Shown: piece after piece, positions 1 to 9,569 of the stretch
Layout: every line of letters starts with the position of its first letter
Numbering within the stretch: position 1 is the stretch's first letter
Source: Myxococcota bacterium
GTDB lineage: Bacteria; Myxococcota_A; UBA9160; UBA6930
DNA length: 64,000 bases
Reading direction: 5' to 3'
NCBI GenBank assembly: GCA_965223415.1
Contig: OZ245002.1
Location: 288,001 to 352,000 of the forward strand
Notes under the pieces: model-generated
The model's input: only the letters and a program-made list of their open reading frames with translations
The model's database searches: none
What the model was told of the DNA's origin: nothing
Translations under genes and position numbers: made by a program

Positions 1-719
1 ACATCGAGAGAGCGCCTCTCGCCGACGCGGTCGCGAAGCTCGATGCCGCGGGCCACGACGTGCGGGGCGTCCCGACCGACGTCAGCCGGCGGGACGACCT
101 CCAGGCCCTTGCCGATCGCACCCTCGACGCCTTCGGCCAGGTGAACGTGGTCCACAACAACGCGGGCGTCGTGCGGGCCGGTCGTATGGAAGAGCTCACC
201 CTAGCCGACTGGGAGTGGGTGCTCGGCGTCGACCTCTGGAGCGTGATCTACGGGGTGAAGACCTTCCTGCCGCTGATCCGCGAAGCGGGAGAGGGGCACA
301 TCGTCAACACCGCCTCGAGCGCCGGCCTCCAGGCCTCGCCCGAGATCGGGCCCTACAACGTGGCGAAGTTCGGGGTGGTGGCGCTCACGGAGACGCTGCA
401 GCTCGAGCTGGGCGCCGAGGGCAGCCCCATCGGCGCTTCGGTGCTGTGTCCCGGTGCGATCGCGACGCGGATCGGGGAGAGCGAGCGCAACCGGCCCGAT
501 GCCGCGGCGGAGACCGAGACGAACCAGCGCTTCCACGAGATGGCGGCGAAGGTCGTGGGGAGCGGACACAGCCCCGAGAGCGTGGCGGAGCTCGTGCTCT
601 CGGCGATCCGCGAGCAGGAGTTCTGGATCCTCACGCATCCGGACTGGATCGACGTCCTGCGCCGGCGCGTCGAAGGCATGGAGGACGGGCGTCGGCTCGT
701 CACGGGCTTCGGTGGCTGA
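1..719 (+). CDS. Short-chain dehydrogenase/reductase (5' truncated by window edge)
   Basis: NNAG motif, NTASSAG, catalytic YNVAK (YxxxK); frame open to window start. Confidence 0.9.
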   Translation, partial: IERAPLADAVAKLDAAGHDVRGVPTDVSRRDDLQALADRTLDAFGQVNVVHNNAGVVRAGRMEELTLADWEWVLGVDLWSVIYGVKTFLPLIREAGEGHIVNTASSAGLQASPEIGPYNVAKFGVVALTETLQLELGAEGSPIGASVLCPGAIATRIGESERNRPDAAAETETNQRFHEMAAKVVGSGHSPESVAELVLSAIREQEFWILTHPDWIDVLRRRVEGMEDGRRLVTGFGG

Positions 720-1479
720 GGCTTCCGCCCGGCCCGTGGCGATCGTGACGGGTGCGGCCGCCGGCCTCGGCCGCGCGTTCGCCGAGGGCCTGGGCGCAGT
801 GGGCTATGAGATCGTGGCCTGCGACGTCGAGGCTTCGGTCGAGTCGATCGACGGCCTCACGTTCCGTGCCGACGTGGCGGAGCCGGCCGACGTGCGCCGC
901 GTGGTCGACGGCGCCTTGGCCCAGCATGGGCGGATCGACGTCCTCGTGAACAACGCGGGCATCGCGCGGCCCACCCGCGCCGGCCACGATTGGGAGCGGG
1001 GCCTTCGCGATTACGAGGCGGTGATCGGGACGAACCTGAAGGGCGCCTTCCTCTTCGTGCGCGCCGTGGCACCGATCATGACCCGGCAGAGCGCGGGGCA
1101 CATCGTCAACGTCTCCACCGATCACGTCTACCCCGAGCCTGGCCACCGCGTCTGGGGACACGGGGGGATGGATCTCTACAACGCCTCGAAGTGGGCGCTG
1201 AACGGCCTGACCCTCGACTGGGCCGCGACCCTCGGCCGGCACGGCATCCGGGTGAACGGGCTCTGCATGGGCGCGACCGACACCCCGATGCTGCGGGCGT
1301 TCGCCGGCGAGGTGAGCGACGAGGTCGTCGCCACGTGGATGAAGCCCGGCGAGATCTGCGAGCTGCTGATCGCGCTGCTCGAGGAAGGCCCGGACGGCCG
1401 CACCGGCCACAACCTGGGCTGCTGGGTCGGCAGGCCTCTCGGCCTGGACGACAGCGTCGAGGCGGGACACCGTCGCTGA
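712..1479 (+). CDS. Short-chain dehydrogenase/reductase
   Basis: GTG at 712 overlapping upstream stop; TGAAAGLG, NNAG, YNASK. Confidence 0.9.
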   Translation: MAEASARPVAIVTGAAAGLGRAFAEGLGAVGYEIVACDVEASVESIDGLTFRADVAEPADVRRVVDGALAQHGRIDVLVNNAGIARPTRAGHDWERGLRDYEAVIGTNLKGAFLFVRAVAPIMTRQSAGHIVNVSTDHVYPEPGHRVWGHGGMDLYNASKWALNGLTLDWAATLGRHGIRVNGLCMGATDTPMLRAFAGEVSDEVVATWMKPGEICELLIALLEEGPDGRTGHNLGCWVGRPLGLDDSVEAGHRR

Positions 1480-1496
1480 CCCGCAGCGCGAGCCGG

Positions 1497-2669
1497 TCAG
1501 CCCTCCAGCCCACGCCCCATCAGATCCACGAAGTTGTCGAAGTAGAAGGCCTGCTTCTCGTCCTCCGACAGCTCCTGCATGCTCTCCTCGAAGCGCTTGA
1601 TCGGATTGCGCCCGCCTTCCACGTGCGGGTAGTCCGAGGAGAAGAGGCACACCTCCGGCCCGGCGTTGCGCACGGTCCAGCCCACGTCCTCGGCAGGGTA
1701 CGGCGTGGCGCGGACCTGGCGGCGGACGTACTCGCTGGGGCGCAAGAAGAGCTTCTGCAGCCGCTCCTCGCGCTTGCGGAAGGCCTCGAAGGCCGAATCC
1801 ATGAAGCGCATCCAGCTCGGCAGCCAGGACGCGCCCTGCTCGATCACGCCGAACTTGAGGCCGGGGTGGCGGTCGAGGACGCCGTCGAAGATCAGGGTGG
1901 CCAGGGTCTGCATCGGCTGGGTGGGGATGGCCATGTAGTCGACGGAGCGGAAGTTCTCGTCGCCGCCGTGGAAGTCCGGGATCGGGGGGCCGCCGTTCTC
2001 GAAGTAGTCCGGGTCGAGGAGCTGGCCATCGGCGGCCCGCAGGCCACCGCCCACGTGGAAGACGATCGGCAGGCCGGCTTCGGCGGCCTGGGCCCAGACG
2101 GGCTCGAGGCCGGTGTGGCTGGGCGCGTGGCCGCGGGGGCAGCCGGAGGGCACGAGCAGCGCGCGGCAGCCGCTCCCGATCACCTCCTTCGCCATGGCGG
2201 CGGAGCGGTCGAAATCACGCAGAGGGACGTAGCCGGTGGCGAGCAGGCGCGGGTCGGCCGAGCAGAAGTCGAGCATCGAGCGGTTGTGGGCGCGGGCGAA
2301 GCCGTAGGCGAAGTCGAGGTCGTCGCCGCGCTCGGCGTGGAGCAGACGGCCATTCACGAAGGTGTTGAAGACGAGCTGGGTCTCGAAGCCGAGCAGGTCG
2401 AGGGCCTGGGGGCGGTCGTCCTTCAGGAAGGAGCCAGTGGCGGCCCAGCTTTTGCGCAGGAGGAGCTGCTCCTCGTCGTCGGCGCGGTAGGCCGGGTCGC
2501 GGTGCTGGGCCTCGAAGCGCGCGATCCGGTCCTTCTCGCCCGGCGCCACGCCCGAGATGATCGGCGGCAGCTTGTCCCGGACGTCGGGATCCGCGAAGGC
2601 GTGGAACCAGTCCGGCGTCTCCATGAAGTGGGCGTCGGCGTCGTGGATCGGCCGGTGCGCGTAGGGCAT
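1497..2669 (-). CDS. Amidohydrolase family protein (amidohydro_2-like)
   Basis: N-terminal HDADAH, C-terminal FSSDYPHVEG; GGAGG RBS before ATG 2669. Confidence 0.88.
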   Translation of the reverse strand: MPYAHRPIHDADAHFMETPDWFHAFADPDVRDKLPPIISGVAPGEKDRIARFEAQHRDPAYRADDEEQLLLRKSWAATGSFLKDDRPQALDLLGFETQLVFNTFVNGRLLHAERGDDLDFAYGFARAHNRSMLDFCSADPRLLATGYVPLRDFDRSAAMAKEVIGSGCRALLVPSGCPRGHAPSHTGLEPVWAQAAEAGLPIVFHVGGGLRAADGQLLDPDYFENGGPPIPDFHGGDENFRSVDYMAIPTQPMQTLATLIFDGVLDRHPGLKFGVIEQGASWLPSWMRFMDSAFEAFRKREERLQKLFLRPSEYVRRQVRATPYPAEDVGWTVRNAGPEVCLFSSDYPHVEGGRNPIKRFEESMQELSEDEKQAFYFDNFVDLMGRGLEG

Positions 2670-2749
2670 CGTGAGACCTCCGCCCGCAGCGTACCGGATC
2701 GGCCGCGGTCCCCGCGTCCAGGAGCGTCTCGCGGGGCCCGGCGCGTTGC

Positions 2750-2766
2750 GTGACAAAGAATGTCAC
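2750..2766. promoter_or_regulatory. Inverted repeat GTGACA-N5-TGTCAC, putative regulator site in divergent intergenic region
   Basis: AT-rich dyad in the GC-rich spacer between the amidohydrolase and OPX genes. Confidence 0.35.
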
Positions 2767-2925
2767 CGGGTCGTGCACGAATGCGCAGCTTCCGGTGGAA
2801 GCCGTAGCGCCGCGGGCCGGAGCGGGCCCGGCGCACGAAGGGGGCGTCGGGCCCGGCGTCACCCATGGGCCCGGCAGGTCGACCCACCGGGACTACTCGT
2901 GACCCTCGAACCGAAGGGGGAGTCC

Positions 2926-3591
2926 GTGTCTTCGCGCCCCTCCAACCGCCTCCTGATCGCAACGGCGCTGATCGCCTCGGCGCTCGGGCTCGGCTGCGCC
3001 CATCCGAATGCGCAGACACCGGCGGCGGCCTCGGCGCGGCCGGCGCTCGCTCCGACCGCCGACCTCGCAGACCTCGCCGCCGAGCGCGAGCGCCCGCAGC
3101 CGAGCTACCGGATCCAGGTGGGGGATCGGCTGCGCGTCGCCTTCGCCTACGAGCCGCACCTCGACCAGGACGTGGCGGTGCGCCCCGACGGGCGGATCGC
3201 GCTGCCCCTGGCCGGCGAGCTGAGGGCCGCCGGGAGGACACCGGCGGAGCTGGGTGCAGTGCTCGCGACGCGGCTCGAAGGGGCGCTCCATCGCCCGGAG
3301 CCCACCGTGATCGTGCACGCGGCCCAGCCGTACCAGGTGTTCGTGGGCGGCGGCGTGCGGGCGCCGGGGGCGTTCGCGCTCTCGCCGCAGCTGACGGCGC
3401 TGCGCGCGATCACCGCCGCCGGCGGCGCGCGGGACCCGGCCGCCCTGCGTTCGGTGATGGTGGTGCGGCAGCGGCCGGACGGCGAGCGGATCCTCCTCCG
3501 CCTCGACCTCGATCTCGGCCAGGGCGAAGACCTGCCGCTGCGGGCCGGCGACCTCGTGCTCGTCTCCGAGCCGGGAAGAAGGACCCCGTGA
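2926..3591 (+). CDS. Short polysaccharide export (OPX/Wza-family) lipoprotein
   Basis: Lipobox LGLGC; Poly_export motif YRIQVGD..VRPDGRIALPLAG; one SLBB-like domain; purine-rich RBS before GTG. Confidence 0.85.
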   Translation: MSSRPSNRLLIATALIASALGLGCAHPNAQTPAAASARPALAPTADLADLAAERERPQPSYRIQVGDRLRVAFAYEPHLDQDVAVRPDGRIALPLAGELRAAGRTPAELGAVLATRLEGALHRPEPTVIVHAAQPYQVFVGGGVRAPGAFALSPQLTALRAITAAGGARDPAALRSVMVVRQRPDGERILLRLDLDLGQGEDLPLRAGDLVLVSEPGRRTP

Positions 3592-4943
3592 CGACGCGAC
3601 ACACCTCGACCCTGCGCGACTTCATGCGCGCCCTCTTCCGGCACTGGCGGACGATCCTGCTCACGACCGCAGCCACCGTCGCCGCGGCCGCGCTCTGGCT
3701 GGGGCTGCGGACGCCGCTCTACGAGAGCCGCGCCGAAGTGCTCGTGCACGCGTCGCCGGAGCTCGGGACCGGCTCGGAGAACGCGCACACCGAGCTGGAG
3801 CTCTTGAAGGCAACCCGACTCACGAGCGCGGACCTGGAGACGGACGATTTGCGGGCGCGCGTGCTCCGGGCCTTCGGAGCCGGCACGGAAGAGCAGGCCC
3901 TGGGCGCCCTGCACCGCGGCCTCCGGGTGGACGCGGCGGAGGGCTCGGGTGTGCTTCGCGCCGGCTTCCGGGCCAGCGATCCGCGGGTCGCGGCCGATCT
4001 CTCGAACCGGCTCGTCGAGCGCTACCTCGAGCGGCGCGCCGGCGTTCTCGATCCCTCGCGGACTCGCGCTTTCTACGACGAGCAGATCGCCCAGCAGGGC
4101 ACGCGCCTGCAGGCGCTGGAAAGCGAGCTGGACGCCCGTTGGACCGGCGACGACCTGGCCGATCTCGACGCGAAGAAGCAGCTGCTGCTCGCCGAGCTCT
4201 CGGCGCTGGACCTGCGGCGCCGGGAAGCCGAGGAGGAGCGGGAGCGGTTACTCGAGGCCCGTCGCGGCGTGGCCCGCCGGATCGAGCAGCGCGGCGGCTG
4301 GCTGGAGACGCCGGAGGCCGCCGCCGGCGCCGCGGCCCTGGCGACCCTCGACCGCCTCTACTTCGAGCTGGCCGCCGATCGCGCGCGCTTCGCCGAGGCG
4401 TATCTCGGCGATGCGAGGCCGCTGCGACGCTTCGATCGTCAGCTCGCGGAGCTGCGGGAGCAGAAGGGCCGCCAGCTCCTCGCCACCCTCGACGCCCGGG
4501 AGCGGGACGCGAAGCGACGCGGCCAGAGCCTCGCAGCCGAGCTCGCGAGGAAGCGCGTAGCCCTCGACGCCCTGAACGCCCGCGCCCTCGACCTGCTGCG
4601 GCTCGAGCGGGAGCACGCCTTCGCCGAGAGCACCTACCTCCTGTACCGGCGCAAGGCCGAGGGCCTGCGCCTCGAGGGCGAGCTGGTGGCGCGCGGGCTC
4701 GGCGGCGTCTCGCTGCTTCGCGCGGCGCAGCCGGCGACGGATCCGGTCTCGGTGGGCGCCGTTCCGGTGCTGCTGCTCGCGGCGCTGGTGGGCCTCGTCC
4801 TCGGCGGGCTCCAGGCGCTGGTGCGACAGGCCCTCGACCACACGTTCCAGGAGCCCGAGCGGGTGGCGAACGAGCTCGCCCTGCCGGTGCTCGCAGCGGT
4901 GCCCGACGCACGGGAAGAAGCCCGTGCGGTAGCGGCCGGCTAG
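3588..4943 (+). CDS. Polysaccharide co-polymerase / chain-length determinant (GumC/Wzz/Wzc N-terminal type)
   Basis: N-terminal TM plus PLYES motif, long coiled coil, second TM, LPVLAAVP tail; GTGA overlap with OPX. Confidence 0.82.
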   Translation: MTTRHTSTLRDFMRALFRHWRTILLTTAATVAAAALWLGLRTPLYESRAEVLVHASPELGTGSENAHTELELLKATRLTSADLETDDLRARVLRAFGAGTEEQALGALHRGLRVDAAEGSGVLRAGFRASDPRVAADLSNRLVERYLERRAGVLDPSRTRAFYDEQIAQQGTRLQALESELDARWTGDDLADLDAKKQLLLAELSALDLRRREAEEERERLLEARRGVARRIEQRGGWLETPEAAAGAAALATLDRLYFELAADRARFAEAYLGDARPLRRFDRQLAELREQKGRQLLATLDARERDAKRRGQSLAAELARKRVALDALNARALDLLRLEREHAFAESTYLLYRRKAEGLRLEGELVARGLGGVSLLRAAQPATDPVSVGAVPVLLLAALVGLVLGGLQALVRQALDHTFQEPERVANELALPVLAAVPDAREEARAVAAG

Positions 4944-4951
4944 GAAGAACC

Positions 4952-5578
4952 ATGGAAGCGCATCCCCTCCAGTCGTCCCTCTCCAGGCTCCGGGCCGGCC
5001 TCGCCCAGGCGATCCAGCGGGGCGAGCGCCACTTCGGCTTCTTCTCCACCCACGCCGGCGAGGGCACCAGCACCGTGGTGGTCCAGCTCGCCCGTCTGCT
5101 CGCCGCCCGCAGCCGCTTTCGCGTGCTGGTCGTGGATGCCAATCCCGAGCGGCCCGTGCTCCACGAGTGGCTGGCGGGCCAACGCAGCCGGGGCTTCTTC
5201 GATCTGCTCGCGGGGCGCGTCGACGCCATCGGCGCGGTCCAGGATCGCGGCGAGCTCGACCTGATCGCCTGCGGCGAGCTGGGCGACGAGCCCTCCCGCC
5301 TGCTGCGTCCCGAGCGCCTCCGTCGCATCCTGCCGATGCTCGGCACGCGCTTCGACTGCGTGCTCTACGACGCCGCACCGGTGATCGAGAACCCCGAGAT
5401 GGAGACGCTGCTCAGCGAGATGGACGCCTCGGTGATGGTGCTCGAGGCGGAGCGCACCCGGCGCGAGGTGGCCCAGGCGGCGCGACGGGCCGTGGAGGCG
5501 GCCGGAGCCAAGGCGATGGGAGTGGTGCTGAACCGGCGACGCTTCCACATCCCCGAGCCCATCTACCGGATGCTCTAG
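4952..5578 (+). CDS. Stand-alone BY-kinase-like (CpsD/CapB) protein, probable pseudokinase
   Basis: Walker A-like HAGEGTST (K replaced by T), A' VVDAN, Walker B LYDAAP, GVVLN. Confidence 0.8.
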   Translation: MEAHPLQSSLSRLRAGLAQAIQRGERHFGFFSTHAGEGTSTVVVQLARLLAARSRFRVLVVDANPERPVLHEWLAGQRSRGFFDLLAGRVDAIGAVQDRGELDLIACGELGDEPSRLLRPERLRRILPMLGTRFDCVLYDAAPVIENPEMETLLSEMDASVMVLEAERTRREVAQAARRAVEAAGAKAMGVVLNRRRFHIPEPIYRML

Positions 5579-5601
5579 ATCGGGCGTCGTCCGCCCAAGA
5601 A

Positions 5602-5633
5602 CGCAAGATGCAAGGAACGTCCCCGTTCTTGCG
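5602..5633. repeat. REP-like palindromic unit (single copy)
   Basis: CGCAAGA...TCTTGCG hairpin; 5605-5633 matches 22650-22678 at 28/29 nt; between convergent genes. Confidence 0.8.
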
Positions 5634-5638
5634 ATCTG

Positions 5639-6154
5639 TCAGTCGCGGGGGGCGAGCTCGAAGAGCCAGAGGTAGCCGGAGGTGACGGCTTCCGGGGGGA
5701 CCTCGCTGCCGTTCAGGTACTTCTGGCCGAGCTGGGCGAGCAGCGGCGGGATCATCGGGCCTTCCTGGATGCGGACGAGTTTGCGCGCGTAGAGGTCGTC
5801 GCCGATGCGGAGCAGGATGCGTGGGTCCTTCTCGGCTTCGAGGGGCCACTGCTTCCAGATGCGGCCCCACCAGGTCGTCATGTAGCCGCTCGGGATGTAG
5901 GCCTTGCCTTCGTGATCGAGGATCCAGGTCGTGCGCGAACGGGCCGGCGTCAGCAGCTGGAACTCCACCTCCTGGATGTCGCGCACGAAGGACCAGTCCG
6001 GCTCCGCGCCGGTGGCGAGCGTGCCGTGCTCGAAGGGGCCGCCGGCGAAGATGGCGAGGGGGCCGTCGGCGAAGCGGGCGCCGACGAGCAGCCCGGCCAG
6101 GGCCACGGCAGCGACGACCACCAGGCCGATCAGCAGGCGCAGCAGGGTTCCCAT
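5639..6154 (-). CDS. Membrane-anchored hypothetical protein, possible split-barrel (DUF2255/DDN-like) fold; paralog of 48956..49402
   Basis: N-terminal TM; GP..GG, PDWSF, DPRILLR, KY, LFELAPR motifs shared with the paralog; AGGAGG RBS. Confidence 0.7.
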   Translation of the reverse strand: MGTLLRLLIGLVVVAAVALAGLLVGARFADGPLAIFAGGPFEHGTLATGAEPDWSFVRDIQEVEFQLLTPARSRTTWILDHEGKAYIPSGYMTTWWGRIWKQWPLEAEKDPRILLRIGDDLYARKLVRIQEGPMIPPLLAQLGQKYLNGSEVPPEAVTSGYLWLFELAPRD

Positions 6155-6163
6155 GGCGTCCTC

Positions 6164-6916
6164 CTAGGTGCGGAGCGGCGCGAACACCGCTTCGATCTCG
6201 ACGAGCCGTCCGTCGACGACCCGGAAGCGCTCGGCGATGCGGACGAACATGTCCCGTTCGCCGGCCCGGGCGCGCAGGGTGTAGAAGACCGCCGCCGCGT
6301 CCCCGGCGGCGAACCAGCGCTCGCCTTCGATCCCCTGGACGGTCTGCATGACCTCGCTCTCGAGGGAGCCGCGGAGCCCGTCGGCGCCGTCGCCGGTGTT
6401 CTTGCCGTTCTCGATCCGCCACACGTCTGGGGCCAGCGGCACGGCCGAGGCATCGTGGCTGACGAGGGCGGCCAGATAGGCCCGGGCCGCCTCGACCACC
6501 TCCCGGGGTGCATCGGCGCCGGCGGGATGCCGCGCCGGACGCGCGGCCCGGGGCGGCTCCGCGGTCACGGCGTACACGACCTCGACCTCCTGGATCCGGC
6601 CGCTGCGCACGTGGAAGCGTTCGCCGATGGTCGCCGGAATCCAGGTGGCGGGGGGACCGGCCGGGTCACCGGTGCCCCGGGCCAGGTCCGCATCCAGGTC
6701 GTAGAAGACGATCGCCTGGTCGCCGTCGACCAGCCACCGGAAGCCGTCGGTCGCGGCCACGGGCTCGCGGCGGAGGATCGCCCGGAGCGCGTCGGCGCCC
6801 TCGACGCTGACCTTGCCCGCGTCGATGCGCCGGACGTCCGGTGCCAGCAGCACGCTCTCGGCGTCGTGGCTCAGCAGGGCGTCCAGATAGGTGGTGGCGA
6901 CGTCGCGGATGTCCAT
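6164..6916 (-). CDS. Tandem NTF2/SnoaL-like domain protein
   Basis: Internal duplication: YLDALLSHDAESVLLAPDVRR vs YLAALVSHDASAVPLAPDVWR, each ending ERF.V..G.I/L.E.E. Confidence 0.75.
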   Translation of the reverse strand: MDIRDVATTYLDALLSHDAESVLLAPDVRRIDAGKVSVEGADALRAILRREPVAATDGFRWLVDGDQAIVFYDLDADLARGTGDPAGPPATWIPATIGERFHVRSGRIQEVEVVYAVTAEPPRAARPARHPAGADAPREVVEAARAYLAALVSHDASAVPLAPDVWRIENGKNTGDGADGLRGSLESEVMQTVQGIEGERWFAAGDAAAVFYTLRARAGERDMFVRIAERFRVVDGRLVEIEAVFAPLRT

Positions 6917-6995
6917 GGTGGCCCGGCCCCAACCCTATCACGGGCGCTCCGGATCCCCTCAAGCCCCCGCCCTGCTCCGCCGAAACCCCCGACAG

Positions 6996-7316
6996 ATGGA
7001 CCGCCGACGCAGCCCGCGCTTCCGCACCCGCTTCGATGCCCTGGTGTCCACCGAGAGCGCCGAGGGCGCGGGCGTGCTGACGGAGATCTCCTACGCCGGG
7101 GCCCTGCTGGGCGAGGTGGACGTGGTGCCGCCCGCGGGAAGCAAGGTCACCCTCTACATCTTCGTCCAGCCCATCGCGCCGTTCACCCTGCAGGGAACCG
7201 TCGCGCGCACCACCGAGACCGGCTTCGCCGTCACCTACGAGCTCTTCGACGAGGAGATCCGCCGGCTGGTCGACGACGTGAGCGCGATCGTCTCGGGGCC
7301 CGGCTCCGGGACCTAG
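6996..7316 (+). CDS. Stand-alone PilZ domain protein
   Basis: RRRSPR (RxxxR) and EISYAG (variant of D/NxSxxG). Confidence 0.8.
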   Translation: MDRRRSPRFRTRFDALVSTESAEGAGVLTEISYAGALLGEVDVVPPAGSKVTLYIFVQPIAPFTLQGTVARTTETGFAVTYELFDEEIRRLVDDVSAIVSGPGSGT

Positions 7317-7341
7317 CGCTCGAGCGGAGTATCCTCTCCGC

Positions 7342-8331
7342 GTGTGGCGCTGGCTCGGAGGAGGACTGGTCGCGGCGGTCATCGGAATGCCGCTGCTGCT
7401 GGTCCTGAGCGCCCGGTGCTCCCTCGACGACGGGTTCCAGCACACGGCGCGGAGCCGAGCCCTCCCGCGCCTGTCGAGTCCGCCTCGGGACGGCCTCTTC
7501 CTCGTCCCCGCCCGGGGCATGGAGTTCCGGACGCGCCTGGCGGGCGCGGACAACGCCGGCCCGGCGCTCCTGCTCCTCCACGGGTTCCCGGAGACCTCCG
7601 CGATGTGGGAGCCGCTCCTCGAGGCCGGCGCGGCGGCGGGCCTGCGCGTCGCCGCCTTCGACCAGCGCGGCTACAGCCCCGGGGCGCGGCCCGAGGAGCA
7701 GGACGCCTACCGGGTGACGGAGCTGCGCCGGGACGCATTGGCGGTGGCCGACGCGCTGGGCTTCGAGCGCTTCCATCTCGTGGGCCACGACTGGGGATCG
7801 ATCGTCGCCTGGTCGATGGCGGGCGCCTACGCGGAGCGTCTCCGGAGCGTGACCTCGCTCTCGATTCCGCATCCGGCGGCGGGCCTCCGGCCCGGCCCGG
7901 ACGCATCGCCCCCGCTCTACGTCCGCGTGTTCCGCCAGCCCGGTGTCGCCGAGACCCTCCTCGCCGCCGGAGGCCACGCGTTGCTGCACCGGACCTACGG
8001 AGCCGTGACGCCCGCGGCCCAGGTCGACGGCTACGTCTCGGTCTTCTCCGAGCCCGGCGCGTTGGCGGCCGCCCTCGCCTGGTACCGCGCCCAGCCCGAG
8101 AGCTTCGCGGACCCGGAGACCTTCGAGGACACGGTGTCCCTCCCGGCCCTCTGGGTGTGGGGCAAGGACGACATGGAGATCTTCCACAGCGCCGGCATCC
8201 GCGCGCGGATGGAGGAGATCACGACCGGCCCCTACCGGGCCCTCGAGCTCGACGCGGGCCACTGGCTGATCCAGGAGGCCACCGGCCCGGTGATCGAGGC
8301 GATCCTGGCCCACGTGGCGGCCCATCCCTGA
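7342..8331 (+). CDS. Alpha/beta hydrolase (epoxide hydrolase-like) with N-terminal anchor
   Basis: HGFPET, DQRGYS, GHDWG nucleophile, AGHW. Confidence 0.88.
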   Translation: MWRWLGGGLVAAVIGMPLLLVLSARCSLDDGFQHTARSRALPRLSSPPRDGLFLVPARGMEFRTRLAGADNAGPALLLLHGFPETSAMWEPLLEAGAAAGLRVAAFDQRGYSPGARPEEQDAYRVTELRRDALAVADALGFERFHLVGHDWGSIVAWSMAGAYAERLRSVTSLSIPHPAAGLRPGPDASPPLYVRVFRQPGVAETLLAAGGHALLHRTYGAVTPAAQVDGYVSVFSEPGALAAALAWYRAQPESFADPETFEDTVSLPALWVWGKDDMEIFHSAGIRARMEEITTGPYRALELDAGHWLIQEATGPVIEAILAHVAAHP

Positions 8332-8523
8332 TCGCTAGCCTCTCTGGGTGGGGGTGCGAGAGGCGCGACGGACGCTGCGGCGCGCGCGACGCGACCAGCT
8401 GATGGCGGTGGCGCGGATCGCCGGCGCCAGCGGCCGGGTGCGGATCGCCCGGGGGCGCCTTCACCTCCACCGGAGCCTCCGCCGCTGGCAGCGCCGCTGG
8501 TCCCGGCGGGTGCCGTTCTTTCG

Positions 8524-8705
8524 TTAGGCATCCGATCCGCGAGGGGACTCGCCGGTCTCGCCCCGGCGCGGGCTGAACCTCGCCATGGCGGCCAAGGCGA
8601 CCCCCGACAGAACGAACGGTGCGCCGACCAGGCCGAAGCCGAGGAAGCGGGCCACGCCGGAGGAGGACGGTCAGGACCACGAGAGCCAGCAGGAGGCCGG
8701 TCCCG
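8524..8705 (-). pseudogene. Possible frameshifted remnant of a membrane-protein C-terminus
   Basis: GLLLALVVLTVLL in one frame continues as GVARFLGFGLVGAPFVLSGVALAAM in another; no proper start. Confidence 0.2.
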
Positions 8706-9503
8706 TCAGGCGCCGGCACCCTCCGCCTGCGCCGTGTAGCGCGCCAGCAGCTCCGCCACCCCGGCTGGCAGCTCGATCCGGCCCGGGTCGTAACGAGGGC
8801 TCCAGGTGCGCAGGTAGTTCCGCCGCGCCGCCCGCGTCATCGGGGTGCGGGGCACGACGAGCTTCCGGCCCAGCGCCTGCGCCATGCACGACGCGAAGCG
8901 GTGGACGTAGCGCAGGTAGTGCCACTGGGCCCAGGTGCCGAAGACCACGCGATAGAGGTAGCTCCCCACCAGGTGCTCGAAGACGCCGAAGGCCACGGTG
9001 CGGTGCTCGATCTCCTCGGCCATGTGCCAGGACCACAGCTCTCCACCGGGCATCATGCCGCCGGAGAGGCTGCCGTGCTCCGCCATGGCCAGGGCGCCGG
9101 CGCAGGTCATGGCCTCGAAGCCCTCGGCGTAGGCGACGTTCCAGCGCAGGGGCTTCTCCTTCGTGAAGCGCTGGTAGTCGGCCTCGAGGGCGTTCTCGAT
9201 CGCGACGAGGCGTCCGGCCACGTCGGGAGCGAACCGGCCCCGCAGCTGCTCGTTGAAGATCGCGTGGTTGCGGTAGTGATGCCCCTCCTGCTGGGAGAAG
9301 CGCCGCGCGTCCTCCGCCAGCCCCGGATCGCGGATCTCCTTCAGGGCCACCTTCATGGTGCGGATCAGGTAGGGCTCCAGGTAGGGCATCGTCAGGGAGA
9401 GGCCCATGGCGCCCAGGACCACCGCGAGGTCCGCGTCCTCCATCTCGAAGTCGATGGGCGCGTCGAAGGGGAAGCGGATCTTGCGCACCGTGATGTCGGC
9501 CAT
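8706..9503 (-). CDS. Predicted metal-dependent hydrolase (ferritin-like, Metal_hydrol family)
   Basis: VRKIRF start, QEGHH, AEGFEAMT, WHMAEEIEHRTVAF. Confidence 0.85.
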   Translation of the reverse strand: MADITVRKIRFPFDAPIDFEMEDADLAVVLGAMGLSLTMPYLEPYLIRTMKVALKEIRDPGLAEDARRFSQQEGHHYRNHAIFNEQLRGRFAPDVAGRLVAIENALEADYQRFTKEKPLRWNVAYAEGFEAMTCAGALAMAEHGSLSGGMMPGGELWSWHMAEEIEHRTVAFGVFEHLVGSYLYRVVFGTWAQWHYLRYVHRFASCMAQALGRKLVVPRTPMTRAARRNYLRTWSPRYDPGRIELPAGVAELLARYTAQAEGAGA

Positions 9504-9569
9504 GTCCGGAAGGTAGCGTGGACAGATCCCGGTCCCCGCCCCACAATCCGGACCCACGAGGGGAGGCCC

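Noticed and set aside
2733..2750. Sigma54-like GGC...TTGC upstream of the OPX gene (similar at about 28439-28455, minus strand)
   Set aside because: Spacing between GG and GC is one base too long for the -24/-12 consensus.
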